From the IMG/VR virus record IMGVR_UViG_3300005805_000191: DNA of 39,722 nt; one strand, given 5' to 3'. Position 1 is the first letter of the stretch. Every line of letters starts with the position of its first letter. Position numbers and translations under genes: made by a program. Source of the stretch: a virus. Positions 9,324 to 18,812 of this stretch are shown in pieces. The notes under the pieces were generated by a model. It saw only the letters and a list, made by a program, of their open reading frames with translations. It did no database searches and was not told the DNA's origin.

Positions 9324-9864
9324 AGGATTTGTAACGCTGTCCGCGAAAATAGAAGGACTGGCGGAAATAGAACGCCGCCTGTCGGCAATGCCTGTAGTCA
9401 TACAACGGCGCATCTTGCGCGGAGCGTTGCGCGCTGGCGCAAGAGTATTCCGCCGGCACATGGTGCAGGAGGTTCCTATCAGCGGAGAGCGGCGGCTCGA
9501 CTACACAGGGCTTGCGCCAAAAATTCCTGGCGATTTGCGCAGGTCGATCCGCGTTGGCAAGCCTTACATAGACAGAGGCAGACTGTCTATTACAACCAAA
9601 GCCGGCAACGATAAAGCTTTTTACGCGCACATGGTTGAAGTCGGCGTGCGCCCTCACACAATCAGTCGCCGCCGCAATCTCGGGAGAAGCCGCAATGTGC
9701 TCGTTATCGCAAGACAATTTGTCAGCGGGCCAGTAAGACACCCAGGCTTTGCTGGTAGATTTTTTGCAAGGTCTGCGCTGGCGTCTGGAGAGGGGCCTGC
9801 AGTTCTTGCATTCAGAAACTACTTTGACAATCGCGTGCAGCAGTATTGGGCGACAGGAAAATGA
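9316..9864 (+). CDS. HK97 gp10-like tail/neck component
   Basis: GTG 9316 with GGAG 8 nt upstream. KAFYAHMVEVG motif typical of the gp10 family. Position fits. Confidence 0.7.
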   Translation: MARGFVTLSAKIEGLAEIERRLSAMPVVIQRRILRGALRAGARVFRRHMVQEVPISGERRLDYTGLAPKIPGDLRRSIRVGKPYIDRGRLSITTKAGNDKAFYAHMVEVGVRPHTISRRRNLGRSRNVLVIARQFVSGPVRHPGFAGRFFARSALASGEGPAVLAFRNYFDNRVQQYWATGK

Positions 9865-10253
9865 AAGCAGAAAAAGCTGTATTTGCTTTGCTGTCCTTGT
9901 CCAGTGGGATTTCTGCCATCGTCGGTCAGCGTGTGTTTCTGATTGCCGCTGCAGAAGAAACGCCGGCCCCGTTGTTGGTATTTCGCAAGACATCCGCGCA
10001 ACGCTCAACGCAGATTTCGGCGGGTACGCAGTTAGTGAGCGCGCAAATAGAAGTGCTGTGCATTGCTACCACAGGACAGGAATTGCTTGAGCTTGCCGAG
10101 CAGGTGCGTTTAGCGCTGCTCGACCAGTCGGGCACGTTCGGCGGCACGGAAGTGATCGACGTGCGCGACGCGGACGAAGGGCCGCAAGAGTACGAGCCAA
10201 CACTGCGCGAGTTCGCACAGACGTGGACGTTCACGCTTGATTTTGAAGAGTAG
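9861..10253 (+). CDS. tail completion / terminator-like protein (DUF3168-like)
   Basis: ATGA overlap with the previous gene. About 130 aa directly before the tail tube gene. Confidence 0.6.
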   Translation: MKAEKAVFALLSLSSGISAIVGQRVFLIAAAEETPAPLLVFRKTSAQRSTQISAGTQLVSAQIEVLCIATTGQELLELAEQVRLALLDQSGTFGGTEVIDVRDADEGPQEYEPTLREFAQTWTFTLDFEE

Positions 10254-10303
10254 CGGAAACCCCTGCCCGTTCCGCTCGGGCATCACGAAAGAGGAAAACC
10301 ATC

Positions 10304-10963
10304 ATGGCACGCACTGCTGTAAACGGTGCGGTGCTGGCGATTGCCAGCGCCTACGGCACCGCATTCAACGTCACCGCAGCGACCAACGCCACCGAGTGCG
10401 TGGTCACGGCTGCGGTGGGCCACGGCATCATCGTCGGCGATATTGTGGAGGTCGTCACAAGCGGATGGCAGCGGGCTGAGGCACGCATTTTCCGCGTTTC
10501 TGTGGTAGCGACCAACAACTTGACCTTGGAAGGCTTCAACACCACGAGCACCACGCTTTTCCCGACCGGCTCCGGCGTTGGCACAATGCGCAAAATCAAC
10601 ACTTGGCAGAACGTTGGCCAAGTCATCAATATCTCGCAGTCTGGCGGTGAGCAGCAGTTCTTGTCCTATCAGTATCTGGATCAGGACATCCAGTCGCAAA
10701 TTCCGACGACGCGCAACCCAACCGCCTTGCAGCTTGAGTTGCACGACGACATCACGCAGGCTTTCTACGCGACGATTACTGCCGCGCAGCAGTCACAATT
10801 GCTTACCGCATTCCGGATCACCGCGCGCGACGGCAAGAAGTGGTTCGGCAATGCCTACTTGAGCATGGCTGGCTTCCCGACGATGGAAGCTAACAACGTG
10901 CTACGTCGCACTCTGGACATGGCGCTGGTTGGCGATCCGCCGGCCACCGCTTATTCCACGTAA
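10304..10963 (+). CDS. major tail (tube) protein
   Basis: 219 aa with a strong SD (AAAGAGGAAAACC). Lies immediately upstream of the G/GT chaperone pair and the tape measure. Confidence 0.75.
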   Translation: MARTAVNGAVLAIASAYGTAFNVTAATNATECVVTAAVGHGIIVGDIVEVVTSGWQRAEARIFRVSVVATNNLTLEGFNTTSTTLFPTGSGVGTMRKINTWQNVGQVINISQSGGEQQFLSYQYLDQDIQSQIPTTRNPTALQLELHDDITQAFYATITAAQQSQLLTAFRITARDGKKWFGNAYLSMAGFPTMEANNVLRRTLDMALVGDPPATAYST

Positions 10964-10972
10964 GGGGTTGAC

Positions 10973-11356
10973 ATGGACTTTGCCGACATTGCCCGACGTG
11001 CCGCGGCTGCGCGTGAGTTCACACACGCAATCGACGCGGCGCAGTTCACTTTGCGCTTGCCCACCAGGCACGAGGCCACTGTTGCCCTGCTGCGCGCCAG
11101 CGGCGGCGGAGACTTTGCCGCGGCGGCCATGGTCGAGTTTCGCCGCGCTCTGCTCGCTGCCGGCATCGTGGGTTGGGGCGGCATCGTGTTGGGCGACATC
11201 GTGCCTGGCGGCGGGGACGAGTCTTTGCCCTGGGCAGCGGCTGCCGTGCCGCTGCTGCTCGACCACCGGCCCGACTATGCAGACGCGCTGGGCGAGGTCT
11301 ACATGGCCCGCATGGCAGAGCGCACCTCTGCTACCGAGGCCGCAGAAAAAAACTGA
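10973..11356 (+). CDS. tail assembly chaperone (gpG-like)
   Basis: 127-aa ORF ending just after an A7 slippery tract. Lies between the tube and tape measure genes. Confidence 0.8.
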   Translation: MDFADIARRAAAAREFTHAIDAAQFTLRLPTRHEATVALLRASGGGDFAAAAMVEFRRALLAAGIVGWGGIVLGDIVPGGGDESLPWAAAAVPLLLDHRPDYADALGEVYMARMAERTSATEAAEKN

Positions 11357-11607
11357 CCGAGCGCCTGCGCTGGGACAGGCGGGCTGCGCGCCCACAGCCA
11401 GCCGCGCAGGCGCTGCTCTTTGAGGACGACGATCCGCCCCCGTACAGCCTGGAGGCGGCGCAGGCGCTGCACTGCTGGCAGTGGTGCGGCGGATGGGCTC
11501 CGGAGCGCTGGCCGCTGTACGCCACGCTGCACCACGTAGACGACTGGGATAGACTGCCCCTGTACCTTGCGGCGATCCGCGACGAACTGAACGCCCCTTT
11601 GGACTGA
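10973..11607 (+). CDS. tail assembly chaperone frameshift product (gpGT-like)
   Basis: A -1 shift at A_AAA_AAC (11347-11353) joins the G frame to ORF frame 11173..11607, which ends 1 nt before the tape measure start. Confidence 0.7.
11347..11353 (+). promoter_or_regulatory. -1 programmed ribosomal frameshift slippery heptamer A_AAA_AAC
   Basis: An X_XXY_YYZ heptamer in the zero frame of gene 10973..11356, one codon before its stop codon. Confidence 0.7.
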
Positions 11608-11608
11608 A

Positions 11609-13438
11609 ATGCCGCGCAATGAAGCAAAGATCACGCTGACTGCGGAAGACCGCGCCAGCGCCGCGCTGCGCCAAGTGCGCGCGGAAGCCAGCAAACTGCA
11701 GCCGGCTATCAGCCAGATTCGCGATGTCGCCTCCAGCATCGGCCTGTTGGCCGGCGGCGGCATCACGCTGTCGCTGGCAGGTGCGGCCTCTGCCATTCGC
11801 ACGATGGTGGGCGCGCTGGATGACCTTGATGAGGCATCGCAGGCAGCGGGCGTGTCTGCGGTAGCGCTGGCGGAACTGCGGCAGGGCGCAGCGCAGGCAG
11901 GCGTTGGCGCATCGGAGCTTGACACAGCCGTCACCAGGCTCAACGTCAAGCTGGCTGATGCCGCCGCAGGCAACGAGCAGGCCGCTGCCCTGTTCCGCGC
12001 GTTGGGCGTTGCGGTCACAGACACCAACGGCAAAGTGCGCGACACGGACGCCGTGCTGGCCGACGTTGCCGAGCAGTTTGCCGGCTACGCGGACGGCGCA
12101 AACAAGAGCGCGCTGGCGGTCGATCTGTTTGGTCGTGCCGGCGCGCGGCTAATCCCGTACCTCAATCAGGGCGCGGACGGGCTGCGGGTCTACTCCGGGC
12201 TGACCGAAGAGACGGTCAAGCAATCCGCGGCGCTGCAATCCGAGTTCGACAAGCTGTCGGCGGCCACCAAGCGCTGGGGGTACGAACTGGCTGGCGTTGT
12301 CGTGCCAAGCTTGAACAAGCTTATCGATATCGTGCCGCGCATTGACTTCGGCGAGGCCCTGCGCGGATTCGGCACTGGCGGCATCAGCGGCATCTTCAAA
12401 AACCTTGAAGGTCAGGTAGCTGCCATCAGGTCGGCGTCGCAGGCGCTCGAATCGCAGCGAAGGGTTGAAGACCGCGGCTTCACGCCAGGGCGAGAAGCTC
12501 CTGTTGTGCAGCGTGCATCCGCGGGCGGCTCCAACGCCGCCGCCGTTAAAGAGCGGCGCACTGCCGAGAAGGACATCAACGTCATCATGCGCGAGCGCTA
12601 CGAACTTGCGCTGCGCGAGGCCAATGGCATCCAGGCCGGCATCGACGCCGATCGCGCCCGCGCCGCCGGCCTGCAAAAGCAGATTGAAGACCTCGCCGGC
12701 ATCACTCGCGCGCGCGAGCAACTCTCTGCGCAAAACGAACTCGACAAGGCTTTTTTCGATGGCTACGTGCAAGTGCTGGAAGACGGCACACAGGTGCTAC
12801 GGCAACTCACGCAGGCCGAGTACGACCTTGCTAGCGCGCGTAATCAGGGTATAGTTCAGGCGGCGCAGGATATTGAAAAAGCCAGCGACGCCGCAGATCA
12901 ATTTGCCCTGACCATGACCAGCGCAGTGAGTCAGCTAATTACTGGCGGCGGCAGCGCCGGCGATGTTTTCAAAGCGCTGTTGCAAGACATTACTCAGTTA
13001 GTTGTCAAGCTCACGGTACTAGAGCCGCTGGCCGCGCAAATCAAAGATATTTTTGGCGGCGGCGGCGCTGGCGGAGGCGGTTCAGGATTTTTTTCTTTGT
13101 TTAGTTCGCTCTTTGGGGGCGGGCTAGCCTCTGGCGGCCCAGTGCAGGCCGGGCGTACTTATCTGGTGGGTGAGCGCGGGCCGGAACTGCTGGTTTCCGG
13201 CAGCGCAGGACGGGTGATCCCCAACCACGCCATCGGCGGCGCAAACGTGTCAATTAATGTCATCAACCACGCGGGGGCGCAGGTATCTGCTACCAGCCGG
13301 CAGGACGGCGGCGGCACGTCAATCGACGTCATCATTGACTCCGTGGAGTCCGCCCTGGCTGGCAACGTCACGCGCGGGCGCGGCTCTCTGTACAGCAGCA
13401 TGCAGGGCGCATTTGGCTTGCGTTCCGCGGCGAGGTAA
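11609..13438 (+). CDS. tail tape measure protein
   Basis: 609 aa, Ala-rich helical N-terminal two thirds, Gly-rich C-terminal part. Canonical position. Confidence 0.9.
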   Translation: MPRNEAKITLTAEDRASAALRQVRAEASKLQPAISQIRDVASSIGLLAGGGITLSLAGAASAIRTMVGALDDLDEASQAAGVSAVALAELRQGAAQAGVGASELDTAVTRLNVKLADAAAGNEQAAALFRALGVAVTDTNGKVRDTDAVLADVAEQFAGYADGANKSALAVDLFGRAGARLIPYLNQGADGLRVYSGLTEETVKQSAALQSEFDKLSAATKRWGYELAGVVVPSLNKLIDIVPRIDFGEALRGFGTGGISGIFKNLEGQVAAIRSASQALESQRRVEDRGFTPGREAPVVQRASAGGSNAAAVKERRTAEKDINVIMRERYELALREANGIQAGIDADRARAAGLQKQIEDLAGITRAREQLSAQNELDKAFFDGYVQVLEDGTQVLRQLTQAEYDLASARNQGIVQAAQDIEKASDAADQFALTMTSAVSQLITGGGSAGDVFKALLQDITQLVVKLTVLEPLAAQIKDIFGGGGAGGGGSGFFSLFSSLFGGGLASGGPVQAGRTYLVGERGPELLVSGSAGRVIPNHAIGGANVSINVINHAGAQVSATSRQDGGGTSIDVIIDSVESALAGNVTRGRGSLYSSMQGAFGLRSAAR

Positions 13439-13441
13439 CGC

Positions 13442-13804
13442 ATGGCAGCATGGCCCACCTACGCGCGGCTGGAGGCCGCCATCACTGAGACGCGCGAGTC
13501 CGCTCTGCTGCGGGAGGCCGTCGAGTCCGGCCCGCCAAAACAGCGTCGCATCAAGTCGCGAGTAATGGTCACGCTTGCTGGCACAGTGCTGTTCCGCACG
13601 GCGGCGGACTACGCCGCCTTCATGACGTGGTTCGCCACCACGATCAAGCACGGGCAAGACTGGTTTGATTTCGTGCACCCGCGCACCGGCGCTATCGTGC
13701 AGGCGCGCTTCGTCGGCGGGTCTGAGCTTGGCGCTGGCGAATACCTGCGCTCCCGTGGCAGCTTGATTAGACAGCCAGTGACGCTGGAGTACTGGAGCGC
13801 ATGA
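13442..13804 (+). CDS. minor tail protein (positional equivalent of lambda gpM)
   Basis: 120-aa ORF directly after the tape measure. Assignment is by position only. Confidence 0.5.
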   Translation: MAAWPTYARLEAAITETRESALLREAVESGPPKQRRIKSRVMVTLAGTVLFRTAADYAAFMTWFATTIKHGQDWFDFVHPRTGAIVQARFVGGSELGAGEYLRSRGSLIRQPVTLEYWSA

Positions 13805-14271
13805 CCTACTCCGCGAACTATCGAGCCGACGTGCAGTCGGTCAACGGAGACGACGTATCGATCTTGCTGCTGGAGATCGCGCATGAGGAGCTTGCTGGCC
13901 CGGTGCGCGTGTGCAACAACACGGAGGACGTGGTGAGTGGCGGACAGAACTACGTTGCCACCGCCTTCCAGTTTTCGCTACCGGACGACAGAGACGGCCA
14001 ACCCCCGCGTGCTACGCTGACTTTTGGCAACGTGGGGCGCGACCTGATGCAGTGGATCGAGCAGGCCGGCGGCGGCGAAGGCGCAGCTCTTACCGTTCGT
14101 CAGATACGCGCTGGCGCGCCAGATGTGATCGAGTACGAGATCACGGTTTCGCTGCAATCCATAACCGCCACGGTGTCGAGCATTACCGCCGAACTCGGCT
14201 ACGACGCTTTGCTGGATCGACCGGTGATGCAACTGCGCTACGACCCATCCGTAGCGCCAGGGATTTTTTGA
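13801..14271 (+). CDS. minor tail protein (DUF1833-like, positional equivalent of lambda gpL)
   Basis: ATGA overlap. The pattern LLLEIAHEEL...RVCNN...YVATAFQFSLPDD...ATLTFGNV recalls DUF1833 minor tail proteins. Confidence 0.6.
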   Translation: MTYSANYRADVQSVNGDDVSILLLEIAHEELAGPVRVCNNTEDVVSGGQNYVATAFQFSLPDDRDGQPPRATLTFGNVGRDLMQWIEQAGGGEGAALTVRQIRAGAPDVIEYEITVSLQSITATVSSITAELGYDALLDRPVMQLRYDPSVAPGIF

Positions 14272-14681
14272 TGGCGGATGCGGTCGTAATCGAGCGTTAC
14301 GTGGGACTGCCCTACGTGCCGGGCCGCTACGACTGCGCCGACCTGGTGATACAGGTCGCGCGCGAGGTCTACGGGCGCAGCGTAACGCTGCCGCAAGACC
14401 GCCCGCGCCCGACGCGCGTCATGAGCATGGCGCGCACCATCGGGCGTCTGCAAGCGTCAGTCGCTGCGCCGCGCGCCGCTGGTGAGCCGCCGCAGGACGG
14501 TGACGGCGTGCTGCTGTCTCGCGGGTTAGCGCGTCCTACGCATATCGGCATCGTCGCGTATCTGGCGGGCGAACCGTGGGTGCTGCACAACGACGACTGC
14601 TGGGGGTCGAGCATCCTTACGCGCGTGCGCGATCTGCGCGCTGCGGGGTGGACGCTGCACGGGGTCTACACGTGGATATAG
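14271..14681 (+). CDS. NlpC/P60-family tail tip protein (lambda gpK-like)
   Basis: Catalytic Cys context YDCADLV and His context THIGIV. TGATG overlap with the upstream gene. Confidence 0.8.
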   Translation: MADAVVIERYVGLPYVPGRYDCADLVIQVAREVYGRSVTLPQDRPRPTRVMSMARTIGRLQASVAAPRAAGEPPQDGDGVLLSRGLARPTHIGIVAYLAGEPWVLHNDDCWGSSILTRVRDLRAAGWTLHGVYTWI

Positions 14682-17600
14682 TGACGACGCAGCCTGCCGG
14701 CCGAGTGCAGCCGCAGGCGATCATCGGTGCAGACCCGCTGGGCATAGGGCGCGAGTACGGCTACGTGCTGCTTGCCCCAGGTGAGACGCTGTCCGGGTAC
14801 TTCGACCGTGTTGGCATCGACATTGCCCGCCCGGTGGTGGTGAGGCTTAATGGAGCCCGCGTGCCGCGCGGGATGTGGGCGCGCACGCGCCCGCACACTG
14901 GACAATTGATCGAGGTGCAGGCAGTAGCGCATGGCGGCGACGATCGCAGCCCCACCAAGGCCTTGGCCGGGGTGATCCTGGCTGCAATTGGCGCGGTAAG
15001 CGGACAGGCGTTTCTGTTGAACTTTGGCCTCGGCATTGCGCTGGCCGGGGTGTCGTCGCTGCTGACCAAGACGCCTCAACTGAGACAGTTTCGCAGCGAG
15101 CAAACGTCGCCGACTTACAGCCTGACCGGTGCCAGCAATAGCGCCCGCGCCTACGAGCCGCTGCCGATGGTGCTCGGCACGCACCGCATCGTGCCAGACT
15201 ACGGCGCTGCGCCGTACACGGAATTCGAAGGCGACGATCAATACCTGTACTGCACATTCCATTTCGGCTTGATCTGCCACGGCTTGCAGGTATACGACCT
15301 GAAGATCGGCGACACGTCCATCAACGAGTATCAGGGCGTCACGCTGCAATGGTCGGGAGACGACGGCGCGCTGACGCTTGCGCGCTCCAACGTGGACACG
15401 ATTGCGGGCGGCTCTCTGACCAATGCCGGCGGCCCCGTAACGCGCACATCGTCCGAAGACACGGTCGAACTTGCGGTCGACATCGAGGGGTATCTGTTCC
15501 GCCAAGGCGACAACGGCATCGAGCCGCGCAGCGTGACGCTGATCGGCGAATACCGCCCCGTTGGCAGCGGAACCTGGTTACCGTTCTTCACCTCAGGCTT
15601 TGCGACTGCGACGGAGTACTGGTCGGAAGGGTACTACGACGGCCCCAACTGGGTGCAGTACAGCTTTGACCCATCTGTCTCCGCACAGCACGTCGATGGG
15701 GCGTTTTCGCGCACGCTGACCACCTACGTCAGCGGCGACTCTGGTGGGTACGTCATCAGCACTGATCTGTATTGGCGACGCGTGACCTACAGCGAGGCGG
15801 CAGCGTCGCAATATCAAACGCCGTCGTCGTACTACCCCAGCGGCAATGCTTCCGCGCAAGTGATCGAGCACGGCAGCACCAAACCGCTACGGCTGACCTA
15901 CCGCCGCAGCGTGGCGCAGGGGCAATACCAAGTGCGGCTGTCCCGCTCGTCCGCAGATGAGACGGACAGCCGCGTCACGTCGCAGATCGCATGGAGCGTG
16001 CTCCGAAGCTATCAGGCCGACACCGCTAGCTATTCGGGCCAGCGCAGGCTCGCCGTCAAGATCAAGGCAAGCGGTCAATTACAAGGCACGCTTGACAATC
16101 TGAGCGCCACTGCGCGCCGAGTGATCCCGGTGCGCGATGCAGTGGGCAATTGGTCGCTGCTAGAGAGCGGAGGCAGCAACCCGGCATGGCTTTTTGCGTT
16201 TGTCGCCCGCGGCTGGCGTCAAGGTGGGCGCTTAATTTGGGGCGCGGGGTTGAGCGACGCGCAGATCGATTTTGAATCGCTGTACGCCTGGGCGCAGTTT
16301 TGCGCCTCAGCCAACCTGACCTTCCACGGGGTGATCGATACCAGTGCCACAGTGGGCGAGATGCTGACAGCGATCTGCTCGGCAGGTCGCGGCAGTTACA
16401 CCTTTACAGGTGGTCGACTGGGCGTCGTTTGGGACGCGCCCAATCTGCCCATCTCTGGAGTCGTCGGCATGGGCAACATCGTTGCCGGCAGCTTCTCCGT
16501 GCAATATGTGACCGAGCGGCCTTACGACGAAGTGGTTGTCGCCTTTCTGAACGCCGACAATGGATACGCGCAAGAAGAAGTGCGCGTCACAGTGCCGGGC
16601 GTGACTGCGCCGCGCAAGACGCAGCGTGTCGAGCTACTTGGCGTTACCAGTCGCGACCAGGCGGGCCGGGCCGCAAACCTCGCGGTGGCAGCGCTGGTGT
16701 ACAGAAAGAAAATCGTCTCGTGGACGATGGACATTGAGGGGACACTGCTGCGTCGTGGCGATGTCGTCGCTATTTCACACGACATGACGCAATGGGGATA
16801 CGCCGGGCGTCTGGTGGCGCTGACTGGCGACGGCTTGGCCAACACGACCACGCTGACGCTTGACCGGCGCGTGCCGTTCAACTCCATCGTGCCGGGGGAC
16901 ACCTGGATTGGCGTGCGCGCCCCTGGCGAGTCGAGTTACCGCGTCATGCGCGTGTCCGTCGTTGGCGTTGGCGCAGACAGCGACAACAACGTGGTGACGC
17001 TTGCGCAAGACTGGCCGCCATCGGTGCCGCTTCCTGGAACGACTCGTCCAGCCGTCGATTATCTCTACATCTACGACTTCGACCCAACGCCTGGGGCGCG
17101 CTACAAGGTGCTCTCGCGCGTGCCGCGCGTCACGTCCGACGGCGGCGTGCAGGTCGAGTTTCAGGCGGTGCCCGACCCTGCGCAGTACTACGCCGCAGAG
17201 GGGGGCACGTATGACGTAGTGGCACCCGACACGCTGCTCGACACCACGGCGTCGATCAGCAACCTCACGGTGACGGAGCAGGTGATCCCCTCGCAGGGCA
17301 TCGAGACGATAGAGCTTACGGCCACGTGGTCGGCAAACACGCAGTACGCGACCGCCAAGGTGTGGGGCGTGGTGGGCGGCGAGACAGTGCAGATCGGCTC
17401 CGTCGATGGCGGTCGCCGCAGAATCAGCTGGACGGCTCGCCACGGCGAAGTGTGGACAATTTACGTGCAGCCGTTCAACGCATTGGGTCAGCCAGGCACA
17501 GTGCAGTCTGTGCAGTACACGGTGGGCGGGCTGTTTACGCCAAGCCCTGGCACCTTTGCCGTTGCGGTGGCCGCCAATGGCACGCGCATCTATTCGTGGA

Positions 17601-18202
17601 CGCTGCTTGGCGACACCTGGCCGCGCACGCTGCGCGGAGTGCGCATCCGCTATGGCTTGGGTACAAACCTGCTGTGGGACGCCATGCAGCCGCTCGACAC
17701 TGACGGTGGCGCGTACCGGGTCAGTCCGGTGCACAGCCTCTTCCCTGGCCCGTCGGGGCACTACACATTTGCCTTGCGGGCTGAGGATACGGACGGCAAC
17801 CTGTCGGCAACGGTGCTTTACACCGAGTTGACAATCGCCTACGGCGCGCTGCTGGATGACACTAGCATCTACGGGTTCAAAAGCCTGTTTCAGAACGCTT
17901 ACACGGGCGCGTCAGAGCTTGGCTTGGTGGACAACGGCAAAGCGCACGTCAAGACCGATGCGACGCGCGTAGACGTGCCGGCGAACCTGCCGGTCGGCAT
18001 GCTGAGCACCATCATCAACGACAACGACAGCGGCGCGTGGATGCAGATTGCATTTGAGTCGTCTGTGGCGGTAGTGCAGGGTCGATCCGATACCGATGGT
18101 CTGGACACTTGGTATCTGGCACCCATGCAGATGCTGAGTTTGACCAAGCTTCGGCAGAATGTGTGGCTGATCTCTGGCCGCGTGCTGGCGGCTGCGCCAT
18201 GA
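14681..18202 (+). CDS. tail tip / host specificity protein, J-like, with N-terminal gpI-like domain
   Basis: Start GTG 14681 (or 14672). The first ~170 aa resemble lambda gpI, with a hydrophobic Gly/Ala segment ILAAIGAVSG...LGIALAGVSSLL. The central part resembles lambda J (NPAWLFAFVARGW...YAWAQFC...). Confidence 0.85.
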   Translation: MTTQPAGRVQPQAIIGADPLGIGREYGYVLLAPGETLSGYFDRVGIDIARPVVVRLNGARVPRGMWARTRPHTGQLIEVQAVAHGGDDRSPTKALAGVILAAIGAVSGQAFLLNFGLGIALAGVSSLLTKTPQLRQFRSEQTSPTYSLTGASNSARAYEPLPMVLGTHRIVPDYGAAPYTEFEGDDQYLYCTFHFGLICHGLQVYDLKIGDTSINEYQGVTLQWSGDDGALTLARSNVDTIAGGSLTNAGGPVTRTSSEDTVELAVDIEGYLFRQGDNGIEPRSVTLIGEYRPVGSGTWLPFFTSGFATATEYWSEGYYDGPNWVQYSFDPSVSAQHVDGAFSRTLTTYVSGDSGGYVISTDLYWRRVTYSEAAASQYQTPSSYYPSGNASAQVIEHGSTKPLRLTYRRSVAQGQYQVRLSRSSADETDSRVTSQIAWSVLRSYQADTASYSGQRRLAVKIKASGQLQGTLDNLSATARRVIPVRDAVGNWSLLESGGSNPAWLFAFVARGWRQGGRLIWGAGLSDAQIDFESLYAWAQFCASANLTFHGVIDTSATVGEMLTAICSAGRGSYTFTGGRLGVVWDAPNLPISGVVGMGNIVAGSFSVQYVTERPYDEVVVAFLNADNGYAQEEVRVTVPGVTAPRKTQRVELLGVTSRDQAGRAANLAVAALVYRKKIVSWTMDIEGTLLRRGDVVAISHDMTQWGYAGRLVALTGDGLANTTTLTLDRRVPFNSIVPGDTWIGVRAPGESSYRVMRVSVVGVGADSDNNVVTLAQDWPPSVPLPGTTRPAVDYLYIYDFDPTPGARYKVLSRVPRVTSDGGVQVEFQAVPDPAQYYAAEGGTYDVVAPDTLLDTTASISNLTVTEQVIPSQGIETIELTATWSANTQYATAKVWGVVGGETVQIGSVDGGRRRISWTARHGEVWTIYVQPFNALGQPGTVQSVQYTVGGLFTPSPGTFAVAVAANGTRIYSWTLLGDTWPRTLRGVRIRYGLGTNLLWDAMQPLDTDGGAYRVSPVHSLFPGPSGHYTFALRAEDTDGNLSATVLYTELTIAYGALLDDTSIYGFKSLFQNAYTGASELGLVDNGKAHVKTDATRVDVPANLPVGMLSTIINDNDSGAWMQIAFESSVAVVQGRSDTDGLDTWYLAPMQMLSLTKLRQNVWLISGRVLAAAP

Positions 18203-18810
18203 CCGCAGTACAGCAGTACTGGCACATCCGCGCGGGTGGCGTGTATGCGTCGCAGCGCTACCCACTGCCGGCTGGCCTCGATGGATTCCAGACGGCGGCG
18301 GTATCGCTGCTCGGCTCGCGCGTGCTGTCCTACCGCGACCCGCCGCCAGAGGGTTTTTTGTCTTCGGTCGCGCCGATTGCCGCGCGCCTGTCTGCGTCGC
18401 CGCGACTGCCGCTGCCCTACCAGCCGTCAGAGGGATTCGCGTCGACAGTGCAGCCGTTGTCGGCGGCGGTTGTGCAGTACACCCGCATCACGCTCGCGCC
18501 GCGGCCTGCTGAGGGCTTTGCGTCAGCCATGCAGCCGTTGTCGGCTGCGGCGACGCATTACACGCGCGTTTTGCTGGACGACCAGACGGCAGAGGGATTT
18601 TCCTCGACGCTTCTTCTGGCAGAATCCGAATCGGTATCGAACGGATATCGGCTGCGGACGCAGGAGGCTGAGGGCTTCGCCACGGGCGTGCTGCATCTGA
18701 TCTCTGGCGCGTTTGGCGAGCCGCCCGACGTTGATCTCGGCCCGAACGACTTCGACTTGCGCCGCGCGCGGTCAACGGACAACACTTTCAACCTTGCGGA
18801 GCTTCGATAG
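18199..18810 (+). CDS. hypothetical tail-distal protein with internal EGF(A/S)S repeats
   Basis: ATGA overlap with the J-like gene. Five to six EGFxS-containing repeats about 30 aa apart. Confidence 0.6.
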   Translation: MTAVQQYWHIRAGGVYASQRYPLPAGLDGFQTAAVSLLGSRVLSYRDPPPEGFLSSVAPIAARLSASPRLPLPYQPSEGFASTVQPLSAAVVQYTRITLAPRPAEGFASAMQPLSAAATHYTRVLLDDQTAEGFSSTLLLAESESVSNGYRLRTQEAEGFATGVLHLISGAFGEPPDVDLGPNDFDLRRARSTDNTFNLAELR

Positions 18811-18812
18811 AG

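Noticed and set aside
13911-14270. Upstream extensions of the NlpC/P60 ORF (13911..14681), the J-like ORF (14576..) and the Q-like ORF (38406..).
   Set aside because: The extensions overlap well-supported upstream genes in another frame and are Arg/Pro-rich. The internal starts give tight operon junctions.
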